64,000 nucleotides of DNA from a virus. Under the pieces are notes generated by a model. It was given only the letters and a program-made list of their open reading frames with translations. It did no database searches and was not told the DNA's origin. The position numbers and the translations under genes are program-made. The DNA is taken from IMG/VR virus record IMGVR_UViG_3300045141_000107, positions 1-64,000 of that record. One strand, written 5' to 3'. Shown here one piece after another: positions 35,502-44,191 of this stretch. Positions within the stretch are counted from its first letter, which is position 1. Each line of letters begins with the position of its first letter.

Positions 35502-35951
35502 ATGGCAAAGGCAAGTACCCCCGCAAAGGCGAGTCGCAGGGTTGCAGTGGAAGAGGATGAGGAAGACGAGGAGGAAGTGGTAGTAGTCTCCAGCAAGAAG
35601 AAGGCTGCTGCTCCCGCCAAGTCAACCACCAATGGCCGCGCGAACGGCGCTACCAAGACCAAGGCGACCGTCACCAAGAAGACCGTCAAGGAAGTCGACG
35701 ACGAAGCTTCCTACACGCCTAACCCCAACAGCATGCGTGACTTCATCATGCGTGCCATGAAGCGTGGCGGCAGCTCTGCGCAGATCAAAAAGCGTGCCGC
35801 CAGTTACGCTGAGAAGAAGGGCGTGGACACACTCTCAGACCCCAAGGCGTACAAGAACTTCGACGTGGCTTTCTTCGCCAAGTTTCTCAACACCAAGGGC
35901 TTCCCTGTGGAGATCGACGAGGAAGCAGACAGCTACACACTCAAGGCGTAA
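35502..35951 (+). CDS. acidic/basic-block protein with C-terminal HTH-like domain (nucleoid-protein candidate)
   Basis: SD AAGGAGA; strong codon bias. Confidence 0.8.
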   Translation: MAKASTPAKASRRVAVEEDEEDEEEVVVVSSKKKAAAPAKSTTNGRANGATKTKATVTKKTVKEVDDEASYTPNPNSMRDFIMRAMKRGGSSAQIKKRAASYAEKKGVDTLSDPKAYKNFDVAFFAKFLNTKGFPVEIDEEADSYTLKA

Positions 35952-36003
35952 CCCGCCCTTTGTGTGCTACAATACAAAAATCTTACAGGGAAGGAGGGTA
36001 CCC

Positions 36004-36105
36004 ATGTTCGAAGATCCAAATCCGCATCCGGAACCACATCCGGAGCCGCACCCGGAACCCGAGCCAGAGCCGGCACCACAGCCAGCTCCGCCGCCGACCA
36101 GGTAA
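36004..36105 (+). CDS. 33-aa proline-rich (xP)n peptide
   Basis: extended -10 TGCTACAAT 35965-35973, SD GGAAGGAGG, downstream hairpin. Confidence 0.6.
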   Translation: MFEDPNPHPEPHPEPHPEPEPEPAPQPAPPPTR

Positions 36106-36125
36106 TCCGGAGCAGAGTGCATTAG

Positions 36126-36161
36126 AATCCCCCTGTGTTGGGCTTCCGCAGGGGGATTTCT
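36126..36161 (+). terminator. hairpin / terminator
   Basis: AATCCCCCTG/CAGGGGGATT stem. Confidence 0.65.
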
Positions 36162-36428
36162 ATGTCTGGAGAATACATGCCAAATAGACTCACACTAGCA
36201 CAACAATGGACGTCATTCGAATTGATGACTGGTGTTGTCAAGACCAGTGGTATCCAACGCCATGAAATGCGCCGTGCGTTCTATGCAGGCGCAGCAGCAC
36301 TGATGGATGCAATGATGATCGGCCTTAGTGCAGATGCCGAACCAACTGAAGCAGACATGCAGTACATGGACTCTATCGCCGACGAACTACGACAGTTTGC
36401 TGAGAATGTATCAATAGGGCGGGCATAG
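36162..36428 (+). CDS. hypothetical phage protein
   Basis: QRHEMRRAFYAGA motif. Confidence 0.65.
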   Translation: MSGEYMPNRLTLAQQWTSFELMTGVVKTSGIQRHEMRRAFYAGAAALMDAMMIGLSADAEPTEADMQYMDSIADELRQFAENVSIGRA

Positions 36429-36429
36429 A

Positions 36430-36517
36430 AAGACCCCCTACTTTCTCCTGCTAGCGGCGGGCAAGCGCCGCAGGAGTTTCAGGGGTCTTCCACTCACCCG
36501 CCGTGGCATACGGGTGA
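36430..36517. terminator. double-hairpin element between convergent genes
   Basis: AAGACCCC/GGGGTCTT, CTCCTG/CAGGAG, CGGCG/CGCCG nested stems; second stem TCACCCG/CGGGTGA. Confidence 0.6.
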
Positions 36518-36526
36518 TCCGGCGAA

Positions 36527-36823
36527 CTAGAAGCTTGCTTCTTCCTCTTCGTCGTCCTTTACGTTGGGCGCAGGAAACATCTTCTCAAGACGTGCCTGCT
36601 CGGCTGGTTCAAGCAGGTGAACGGAGAAGCTGCGCCAGTATTCGTTCTCTCTTCTTAGCATCTTCTCGTTGTGGTCCATTATCTCTTTGAGATCTAATAT
36701 CTGTTTGTCCTTGGATTCTATCAGCGCTTTGGACAGATACGATATCGCTCCAGTCAACACGCCCATAATGCCGCCAATAGCTGCAAGTGTTGTGAGATTT
36801 AGAACGAATTGTTCGTCCGCCAC
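36527..36823 (-). CDS. membrane protein (TM + coiled coil), lysis cassette
   Basis: LAAIGGIMGVLTGAISYL then coiled coil. Confidence 0.7.
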   Translation of the reverse strand: MADEQFVLNLTTLAAIGGIMGVLTGAISYLSKALIESKDKQILDLKEIMDHNEKMLRRENEYWRSFSVHLLEPAEQARLEKMFPAPNVKDDEEEEASF

Positions 36824-36828
36824 AGTTT

Positions 36829-37932
36829 CTACGGCCGATTGGGGAATGGGGGTGTTGGTAGGGGTGGGCGAGGTGTTATCGTTGGTCTGGGCGTAAAGGT
36901 TGGCCGAGGCGTAAAAGTAGGACGCGGAGTGAACAGCCGATCTATTAACGAAGGTGTATTTGTTGGCCTCGGGGTCGGGGGTGGCACACTTGTTGGTGGC
37001 ACAGAGGTAGGAGGTAAAGGGACAGATGTACTGGTCGGCACCTCCGGTACTCGTGTTGGTTGTGCCGGTACCGACGTCGCAGTAGGTATTACAACTGGTG
37101 GCGCACTGGTAGGGGTTGGCTGGCTTGGGATTGGTGTAGACGGTGCTACAGGAGCATCTGTGGGGCGCCCAACAACGGGTGTGTTTGTAGCAGCTCCAGG
37201 AACTGACGGTGACGTCGGCTGAACAGGTACAGGAGTGTTAGTTGCCTGCCCTGGAGCGACAGGTACAGATGTATTCGTCGGCGGGCTACCTGGGGACTGT
37301 ATAGGGCCAGATGCGATAACCGTCTGCGGCGTGGGAGCACTATCGTCTTCTGGCTCTGGTGTAAATACAGGGGTAACCACGTCAACAACCCTATCCGGTT
37401 CCCTGGCTGACTCCGCGGCAATGGGTTCTCCATTTTGGTCTGGTACTTCCTGTTCTGGCTCCGGAGTAGCTGTTGGTATGATAACTATGGTAGCCTGAGG
37501 CTTTACTGCGGGCTTGGGTGCCACAGGAATAGCTATCGTCGCCACCAGGAACGGTGTAGACGTAGGACCTGCTTGTTCTATTGGTGTTGGATTGGTTTCT
37601 ACTGACACCACGTTGTTGTCCTCGTCTACATCTACCGCCAGCACAACTGGAGTTGCTTCCTGTGTCGGCACACCCTCAGCCTGCACACCTTGTGCAGAAA
37701 CTACAACATCCCCCTGAGCATTGTGGCTAAGTGTCACTTGCAGCGCTACTGGAGCTATCGGGGTCTCCGTTGGCCCGATTGTCGCCGTAGGAATAGGCGT
37801 GGGTGAAGGCGGTATTGCATTGACTACATGGACAGCCGATATATTCACTATCAGCAGCATGAGTCCAACGCCAGCCCAACCAGCAACAAACATCCATGCC
37901 CAAGGACCAAGATAGCCCCAGAACGACCTCAT
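36829..37932 (-). CDS. membrane-anchored Pro/Thr-rich protein
   Basis: N-terminal TM; PT repeats; (TPRPTF)n end; start overlaps upstream stop. Confidence 0.75.
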   Translation of the reverse strand: MRSFWGYLGPWAWMFVAGWAGVGLMLLIVNISAVHVVNAIPPSPTPIPTATIGPTETPIAPVALQVTLSHNAQGDVVVSAQGVQAEGVPTQEATPVVLAVDVDEDNNVVSVETNPTPIEQAGPTSTPFLVATIAIPVAPKPAVKPQATIVIIPTATPEPEQEVPDQNGEPIAAESAREPDRVVDVVTPVFTPEPEDDSAPTPQTVIASGPIQSPGSPPTNTSVPVAPGQATNTPVPVQPTSPSVPGAATNTPVVGRPTDAPVAPSTPIPSQPTPTSAPPVVIPTATSVPAQPTRVPEVPTSTSVPLPPTSVPPTSVPPPTPRPTNTPSLIDRLFTPRPTFTPRPTFTPRPTITPRPPLPTPPFPNRP

Positions 37933-38099
37933 CTCAATAGAATTGCTACGTTGGTGGCTCCAAGCAATATCGCCGTCTGAGCATCCATCTTGTTGGTCAG
38001 CCACAGAACCAAACAAGCAACGATGACCAGGATCGCAATCAGCGCACCAATCCACCCACCGTATACCACGGGATAAGTACGCGTCGTCTGTACTGCCAT
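37929..38099 (-). CDS. 56-aa membrane protein (not in ORF track)
   Basis: MAVQTTRTYPVVYGGWIGALIAILVIVACLVLWL...; coupled on both sides. Confidence 0.65.
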   Translation of the reverse strand: MAVQTTRTYPVVYGGWIGALIAILVIVACLVLWLTNKMDAQTAILLGATNVAILLR

Positions 38100-38314
38100 T
38101 ATGTGCCTCCCTCGTTGGGTGCAGCCGGAACTAGATACGCTACGCCGAAACTGATGACCGTGATCAGTGCACCCGCTACAACCACAGGCATCGTAATACC
38201 GAACATACTGAGTACCCAGATGATGATGGTAGTCACAGCCGCACCAACACCACCCGCTGTTACTTTCCGTACTGGTGCAGCAGATGGAGCATCAACTGAT
38301 TTGGCTTCACTCAT
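38099..38314 (-). CDS. holin-like 2-TM protein
   Basis: PVRKVTAG..GAAVTTIIIW...FGVAYLVP; directly after endolysin. Confidence 0.7.
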   Translation of the reverse strand: MSEAKSVDAPSAAPVRKVTAGGVGAAVTTIIIWVLSMFGITMPVVVAGALITVISFGVAYLVPAAPNEGGT

Positions 38315-39051
38315 ACACAAGCCTCCAGACCCAGATCGTTAGCCAGTGCTTGGAACCGCCCAGAGTTCCACCATCTGTTCCCACAGCACTGCGTCCGTGA
38401 GCTAGGGCTGATGATGCGGTGACCCATCAAGTACCTGATGTCTGGGAACATCTTCAGGGCAACCTGGCACACTTCCAGCGTACCCTGGTACTGAGCATCG
38501 GTTACTGTCGTGCTGCCAGAGCCATTGTCTTCTGTCTCAACGGTTACCGTCTGGTAGTTAGGGTTCTGGCTGTTGCCCACAATGCCCACCCACTTGTTAC
38601 CAGACTCTAGGATACCGTTTGCCCAGGAACCATCTCGCAAGTTTACGTATTGATGCTTCTGCCCTCCTAAGCCAATACCAAAGTGAGAAGAGACTTGTGC
38701 AGCAGAATTCTGAAACCAATTGTCACATGAAGACAGGGTGCCAGCCATCGTATGAATCACAATAGCTACTACCCGCATGCCAGCCCTACCGTTGTAATGA
38801 TTGGGGCTGGCGATGTACTGGATATTCGCTTCTGGCGGTATGGGTGGTGGTATGTCGCGCGTGTACAGTGGACTTCTGGAATTGAGCCTTCCCGTCCAAG
38901 TTGGATTCAGCGCCAGTAGCCAACCTTCAACGGAATCTGCCCCGGACTCCGACGCCAACCACCTACCATCTTCCATCGCAGCCAAGGCGCGTGTGATAGC
39001 AGACTGTTGCTGGCTCAGAGTAGCCATTCGCCATTCCAGGTTGTCGTCCAT
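38311..39051 (-). CDS. endolysin, N-acetylmuramoyl-L-alanine amidase (Amidase_2)
   Basis: SPNHY, IVIHTMAG, VSSHF, GHR...TQCCG. Confidence 0.9.
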   Translation of the reverse strand: MDDNLEWRMATLSQQQSAITRALAAMEDGRWLASESGADSVEGWLLALNPTWTGRLNSRSPLYTRDIPPPIPPEANIQYIASPNHYNGRAGMRVVAIVIHTMAGTLSSCDNWFQNSAAQVSSHFGIGLGGQKHQYVNLRDGSWANGILESGNKWVGIVGNSQNPNYQTVTVETEDNGSGSTTVTDAQYQGTLEVCQVALKMFPDIRYLMGHRIISPSSRTQCCGNRWWNSGRFQALANDLGLEACV

Positions 39052-39230
39052 CAGTACAGTGGCTTCTTGGGGCTTGTTTGGATATTGGGATCTAGCGCCT
39101 TGACCCAACCATCCACGGTATCGGCCCCACCAGCCCAACGAGCTTCAAGTGCAGCCCTGATTGCGTTGGTCTGATAAGCCTGCTGCTGCTCAAGCTGGTG
39201 TATCTTAGCCGCCATTTCCTCAGGGTTCAT
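39051..39230 (-). CDS. 59-aa paralog of the endolysin N-terminal domain (not in ORF track)
   Basis: MNPEEMAAKIHQLEQQQAYQTNAIRAALEARWAGGADTVDGWVKALDPNIQTSPKKPLY; SD GGAG; TGATG overlap. Confidence 0.75.
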   Translation of the reverse strand: MNPEEMAAKIHQLEQQQAYQTNAIRAALEARWAGGADTVDGWVKALDPNIQTSPKKPLY

Positions 39231-39489
39231 GGTTTACTCCGTTCATGCTTTGTTCTTCCTTGGGTGTGATGAGTAGTTCGTTCTGTTCTTCCTTGAATTC
39301 AACACTGTAACTCTCTGGCAATTTCTCACCAGCCTGATCTGCTATCAAGAGAATCACATCACGCACGTTCTGCTCGGCAAGCTTGGCTGCATTTATGGCA
39401 GCTTGCACTACCGAATTTGCCTCATCAGAGTGTCCTATCAAGTAGGACAACCTCCTTGCAGTATGGTTGTTGAGTTGCAGTGTTATCAT
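39220..39489 (-). CDS. hypothetical protein
   Basis: SD AGGAG. Confidence 0.65.
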   Translation of the reverse strand: MITLQLNNHTARRLSYLIGHSDEANSVVQAAINAAKLAEQNVRDVILLIADQAGEKLPESYSVEFKEEQNELLITPKEEQSMNGVNHEP

Positions 39490-39496
39490 GGCGCTC

Positions 39497-40570
39497 CTAG
39501 TGTGGATATGTAGTGGTCGGGCAGTAGACTAGCCACAGATTGCCGTTCATGCCTGCTCCAAAGTTGCAGTTCATCTGCACAGCAACAACCGTCCCTGCAT
39601 TGACAAGAACTGCACCACCAGCTCCATCATAACCAGTATGCCAGCCGTAGTTTGTGGCTCCAGGAGCAGGGTTGTTGAAGTTCTGTTGCGTCCCAATACT
39701 ACCACCAAACCTGAACCTGATGAAGCCACCGTATGGAGCAGGAGCACCACCACCGAAGTAGCAGTGTATCATTCCTGCCCAATAACCTGTTCTGTTTACG
39801 GTAATAGCTGCGATGTCTACCCACTGCCCACCAGTACCTGAGCTACCTACACTAAGACCAGTACTCAGGACAGATAACGCAGGAGGCAAGACTCTGTTGT
39901 AGGCAGCTTCCCAGCTCTCACCGTTGCTCCATACACGACTTGGACCCCAGGCACTATTGGCTCTAGCTTGCCAAGTGTCTCTCTGGTTGACCATGTCGTT
40001 GTAGTAGCCGACGTAGGCGTTGTAGTTCTGCTCCCAGGTAGAACCATTGTTCCACTGTCGGCTTGGTCCCCAGTAGTAGTCTGCCTGTCCCTTCCAATAG
40101 GCAGCAGTCTGGCTCCAGAAGACAGCATTTGCTGGTTGCCCAGGATAGCTGTAAGCATAACCCTGAGGATCTCTGGCATTTCGCCACTCATTACCCCATT
40201 GAGCATTCCACTGCTCAGCGGTGGTGGAGTAGAACTGTCCGTTGTTCCAGCCTGGCGGATGCTGCGCCCCTAGTCCAGAGCTACCCTGGCCTCCACCAGT
40301 ATCACGAGCATTGTTGTACTCTGTGACGTACATTGGAATCCACTGTCCGGCAGTGGTACTCCAAAGCTGTCCATTTACCCACCCTGTAGGATGTGATCCA
40401 GTAGAGGTGTCCCTAGCGTTGGCGTACTCTGTGTTATATCCGGTCTGCCACTGTGTAGACGTAGTAGACCAGCGCTGTCCGGGTGTATACCCAGAAGGAG
40501 GATGGACTCCTGTGCTATTGTCGTTAGCCTGCCCAACCCAATAGCCTACTTGAGAAGCAGCGTATGTCAT
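39497..40570 (-). CDS. Trp/Tyr-rich repeat protein, putative fibre/adhesin
   Basis: repeats HP.GW.NGQ.WSTTA.QW...EY.NARD. Confidence 0.7.
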   Translation of the reverse strand: MTYAASQVGYWVGQANDNSTGVHPPSGYTPGQRWSTTSTQWQTGYNTEYANARDTSTGSHPTGWVNGQLWSTTAGQWIPMYVTEYNNARDTGGGQGSSGLGAQHPPGWNNGQFYSTTAEQWNAQWGNEWRNARDPQGYAYSYPGQPANAVFWSQTAAYWKGQADYYWGPSRQWNNGSTWEQNYNAYVGYYNDMVNQRDTWQARANSAWGPSRVWSNGESWEAAYNRVLPPALSVLSTGLSVGSSGTGGQWVDIAAITVNRTGYWAGMIHCYFGGGAPAPYGGFIRFRFGGSIGTQQNFNNPAPGATNYGWHTGYDGAGGAVLVNAGTVVAVQMNCNFGAGMNGNLWLVYCPTTTYPH

Positions 40571-41421
40571 GCTGCCCTCCACTGGATGCCATTGCTCTTG
40601 AAGCTGTATGCATCGCCAGCGACTACTATACCGTTCTGGACAGCGCCAGTAACCAGATTAGTAGACCCTCCAAACACCGTGCTGCCACCAGTAGCAGTTA
40701 CCGTGATTGTACCAGCCTCAGCAGCAACTGTGATGGGTCTTTCTGTTAGTGTTGGGTCTGGAAGCACTAAGCTCTGTGCAGATGCCAGATAGCCGAAGAA
40801 GAACAGCTTGCCTGCCAACATCGCAGCGGTAACGGGTGTGACATTGGACCTGAGAGTTGTGTTCTTGTACATGCTCTCAGGATCACTACCCGTGCTAGGG
40901 TGTAAGTAGGCAAGGCAGGTACCGCCAGCGGGGTTCTCCAGAGCAATCCCAAACGCTGCGGAGGTACCAAGTGCAGTACCAGTAGCTATAACACTGTTAT
41001 CCTGCGTTACGAGGTACTGGAGGCGGCTGATACCAGTAGCCTTCGTCCGCACAAAACCTTCCATCGCAACGCGTCCGACAGCACCAGCGGCGATGTCTTC
41101 TACAACAACGCCAACCATCTCACCTCTGGCGCCTGCGACTGGCATGATGAAACCTCGGTCCACAGCAGGATCGAGCATCACCACGTCGCCACTTTGTCTG
41201 GCAGCACCAGTATTGTTCACGAAGTCCTGGCTTAGCCCACCTGTGAGGGTGATAGTGGAGAAACTCCATCTGCCAGTGATTACTTCGTTGAAATCAAAGA
41301 AAGTGCTCCTATCACTCAGGCTCGAGTTGAATCTGGTGGTATCCCTAACACCAGCGTTTGGTGTAGGGTCATCATCAGTTACCTCTGGAAGTAGAAATCC
41401 GTGTCGAACGGTTGTTTGCAT
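40567..41421 (-). CDS. tail/baseplate-associated structural protein
   Basis: follows baseplate wedge; DUF2190-like central segment (VGVVVEDIAAGAVGRV). Confidence 0.6.
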   Translation of the reverse strand: MQTTVRHGFLLPEVTDDDPTPNAGVRDTTRFNSSLSDRSTFFDFNEVITGRWSFSTITLTGGLSQDFVNNTGAARQSGDVVMLDPAVDRGFIMPVAGARGEMVGVVVEDIAAGAVGRVAMEGFVRTKATGISRLQYLVTQDNSVIATGTALGTSAAFGIALENPAGGTCLAYLHPSTGSDPESMYKNTTLRSNVTPVTAAMLAGKLFFFGYLASAQSLVLPDPTLTERPITVAAEAGTITVTATGGSTVFGGSTNLVTGAVQNGIVVAGDAYSFKSNGIQWRAA

Positions 41422-41430
41422 TTGCTCACC

Positions 41431-42084
41431 TTACTCAAATCGGAGATCTGCCCAGGTTACGTTGCCAAGATCTGCCCACGTTCTGTCCGTCATGTTGCTG
41501 GTGTCACCATGCCAAGTCACTTCACTATACTCAATGAAGTAACCCAGGTGTGATGGCTTTATGCGCTTGATCATGAGGTTTATATTCGACTGTACGTTGG
41601 GCGGAAATCCCTTGGGTTTGATGATGCGAATACTGAAACTATAACGCCTAAGATCGGTTGGCGGCAAGTCGAAGTATTCTACTACTGCAATCTCATCTGC
41701 ATACTGTGCGATCTGCGAGTGTATATATGCAGGCGTAGGTGTTGCGGTACCCTGCATTCTAGTGATAATATTCGCCCTGCGCTCTGGTAGCGTTGATGAA
41801 GCATCAATGGGTGAGCTGAACATCTGTTCCCAGTACGCCATCGCTGCTTCGTTGGCAGTGCGCACAAACCACGCGGAATGCATCGGTTCCAGGTTCGTAG
41901 TCAGTTGCTGCCCGATGGCTCCATATATCTCTGCATCGGTCATGAAACGCACGAACCTGCCTATCGGGTCGAATTCAAACCCGAGAGCCATCAGGAACTG
42001 CTGCATGAAGTCGTCTTCTTCCCAGTAAGTGGGCAAGTTCTCCATCAAGAGCTCGCCCCAACCGTAGAAATCTTTGTCTCTCAT
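41431..42084 (-). CDS. baseplate wedge protein (DUF2313/YmfQ-like)
   Basis: LPTYW, YWEQ, ERRANII, IKPSHLGY. Confidence 0.8.
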   Translation of the reverse strand: MRDKDFYGWGELLMENLPTYWEEDDFMQQFLMALGFEFDPIGRFVRFMTDAEIYGAIGQQLTTNLEPMHSAWFVRTANEAAMAYWEQMFSSPIDASSTLPERRANIITRMQGTATPTPAYIHSQIAQYADEIAVVEYFDLPPTDLRRYSFSIRIIKPKGFPPNVQSNINLMIKRIKPSHLGYFIEYSEVTWHGDTSNMTDRTWADLGNVTWADLRFE

Positions 42085-43727
42085 ACAGCCGTTACCGTCC
42101 CTGCAACTGGTTTCTCAGTACCCGTAACGGTTACGTTGTTGGTACTGAAGGAAGATGCTCCAGCACGCCTGATACCGTAACCCGTAGAGTACATATCAAA
42201 CGTCTCGATGCCATCTGTCCCTGCAATAGCTGCCTGCTGCACGCGGTAGAACATGACGTGCCCATCTTCGCCGCCAACAGGCTGAGCATTGAGGAAGGTA
42301 GTAATAGCATCCCTCGCCTGCTCTTGCACTGCCACCAGGCTGAAGTTCTCTTGCACAGTCAGAGTAAACCTGGCTTCGATCAGTGCAGCCACAGCAGCTT
42401 CTACAGTGACGTGTGCCCCGATTGGTCTACGGGTCTGGATGTAATCGTACACTTTGCCTACTGTAGCAGCGTCTGGAATAGAGTTATCGGAGTTGACGAT
42501 AACTACCTTGACAGTGCCGTATCCTGCCCATTCCTCAATGACGCTAACCGTACCCAGGCTAGTTCCCGGAGTTTCGCGTGCCCAGATCTGGTAGTCTGTA
42601 TCGTTACCACCAGCGGACCTCTGCCGAACCGTCAACAGGAACCTGCTCAGGAACAGTCTGTCCGACTCCCTGTCTACACCATCAACAGCAGGCACAGGGT
42701 TTGTCACCCTGCTAACGAACGAGACAGGTACTGCCAGTCTGTTGATAGCACCCGCCAGAACGTTGCCGTTTCTGCCTGCTATTGCCGCTTGAACCCTGAC
42801 ACCAGTGAAGATCTTGTAGGTCGATGTCAGATCAGGAATACCACCTGGATCCCAATCCATGACATTGATAGTGGTAGCAGTGTTGTTGATCACTTTGCGC
42901 CACTGGTTGAGACCCTTGCCCAGAGTGATCAGGACATAGTAATCCTTCCACTGGTCCACAGCCCACGCCGCAGTGTTGTCTGTCAGACTAGTTGTAGTAG
43001 AGCTAGTCACCAGCCCTGCAACCGGATTCTTGAACGTTATAGGGGCCGTCTCCAAACTATTGAAGACCAGTGGTCTGTCTGTAGTGTTCGGTGTTGCTGT
43101 AGTGCTGAAGGAAATAGTGCTAGGGATCACGGTACCTACGGCAGCCGTGACTTCCATCACCGTCTGTGCGAAACTGGCTGTATTCCTCAGTACACCATGT
43201 TCTTCAGCACGCAGGTCTAGCAGCGCACCACCCATGAACTGCGCAAAACCCTGTGGAAACAGATCGTCCAGACGCTTGTAGATCTTCTCAAACTCTGGTG
43301 CCTGTGCAGCAGTCATATCCCAGGGTACTTGTCCCTGGCGCTTGTCGTATGGTAACCCATTGGGTGCTATTCCAATGCGGTCCATAATGCGCTGCTGGAT
43401 GACGTCTGTTGTATTGTTGGTCTGAAACGGTAAGGCAGGAAGGTTGACGCTAATCCTGAAAGCATTGTCCAACTGTGCTATGTCTTCGCCGCCATTATCA
43501 ACCACCATGGAATAGAATCCAATGGGAATGGTATTGGCGGGTACAACCGAGCGAATCATACTGCTAGTTACCAGTTGGAAATTCGCCAACGGGTATTCTA
43601 CTGGCGGATCCTCTGGGCTTAGCAGTCTAGCTACCGAAGTAGTTAGAAATCCAGTCCCAGTGATCTCTACCGTTGTATCAACACCAACCTGGGTCAACGT
43701 TGGAGATACTGAGATAATTGTTGTCAC
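42081..43727 (-). CDS. baseplate J-like protein with N-terminal IPT/TIG domain
   Basis: LDLRAEEHG, VTNP..A.DGVDRESD, GGNDTDY..WA, GTVKVVI, RPIGAHVTV. Confidence 0.9.
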   Translation of the reverse strand: MTTIISVSPTLTQVGVDTTVEITGTGFLTTSVARLLSPEDPPVEYPLANFQLVTSSMIRSVVPANTIPIGFYSMVVDNGGEDIAQLDNAFRISVNLPALPFQTNNTTDVIQQRIMDRIGIAPNGLPYDKRQGQVPWDMTAAQAPEFEKIYKRLDDLFPQGFAQFMGGALLDLRAEEHGVLRNTASFAQTVMEVTAAVGTVIPSTISFSTTATPNTTDRPLVFNSLETAPITFKNPVAGLVTSSTTTSLTDNTAAWAVDQWKDYYVLITLGKGLNQWRKVINNTATTINVMDWDPGGIPDLTSTYKIFTGVRVQAAIAGRNGNVLAGAINRLAVPVSFVSRVTNPVPAVDGVDRESDRLFLSRFLLTVRQRSAGGNDTDYQIWARETPGTSLGTVSVIEEWAGYGTVKVVIVNSDNSIPDAATVGKVYDYIQTRRPIGAHVTVEAAVAALIEARFTLTVQENFSLVAVQEQARDAITTFLNAQPVGGEDGHVMFYRVQQAAIAGTDGIETFDMYSTGYGIRRAGASSFSTNNVTVTGTEKPVAGTVTAV

Positions 43728-44191
43728 CGAATCGTCCTTGCGAAACTAAACTCTTTCTCGTGCCCCGAAATGGTTACCACGCGGAACGACAGATAGAGCT
43801 GGTCCCCCTGTACCTGTGTAACGAAGTTGTCAATGAAGCGTATCAGGTCGATATTGCCAAGACACTCACGTACATAACGCTCGGCAACAGACTGTATAGC
43901 TAGCTCACTCAAACCGCGCCCAATGATGACCCAAAAGTCCGAGCCGAACCCTTTATCGTAAGCATTATACATCAGCCGCTCTGTGATCATCGACTTGACG
44001 ATAAGCTGCTCAAGGGTCATAGCGGGGTTGGCAAACACAAACTGGTTGGACTCATTGAACACAATCAGAGAGCCATCTGCTGTGTCAAAGTTCAACAATG
44101 GTGCTGTGCCCCAAGTTGGTTCGGTAGAAGGGTCCTGGACGTCGGCAATGAACGCTGGATCCTCAAACCTGGGTACGGTTTGTATAGGCAT
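43724..44191 (-). CDS. DUF2634 / gp25-like baseplate protein
   Basis: TERLMYNAY...FGSD. Confidence 0.75.
   Translation of the reverse strand: MPIQTVPRFEDPAFIADVQDPSTEPTWGTAPLLNFDTADGSLIVFNESNQFVFANPAMTLEQLIVKSMITERLMYNAYDKGFGSDFWVIIGRGLSELAIQSVAERYVRECLGNIDLIRFIDNFVTQVQGDQLYLSFRVVTISGHEKEFSFARTIR

Noticed and set aside
38311-39138. Endolysin start at 39138 from the ORF track
   Set aside because: That extension overlaps the 59-aa gene in another frame; the TGATG coupling supports a start at 39051.
42258-43220. Long plus-strand ORFs opposite structural genes (also 48002-48778, 45545-46276)
   Set aside because: Antisense to well-supported genes and lacking recognisable motifs.
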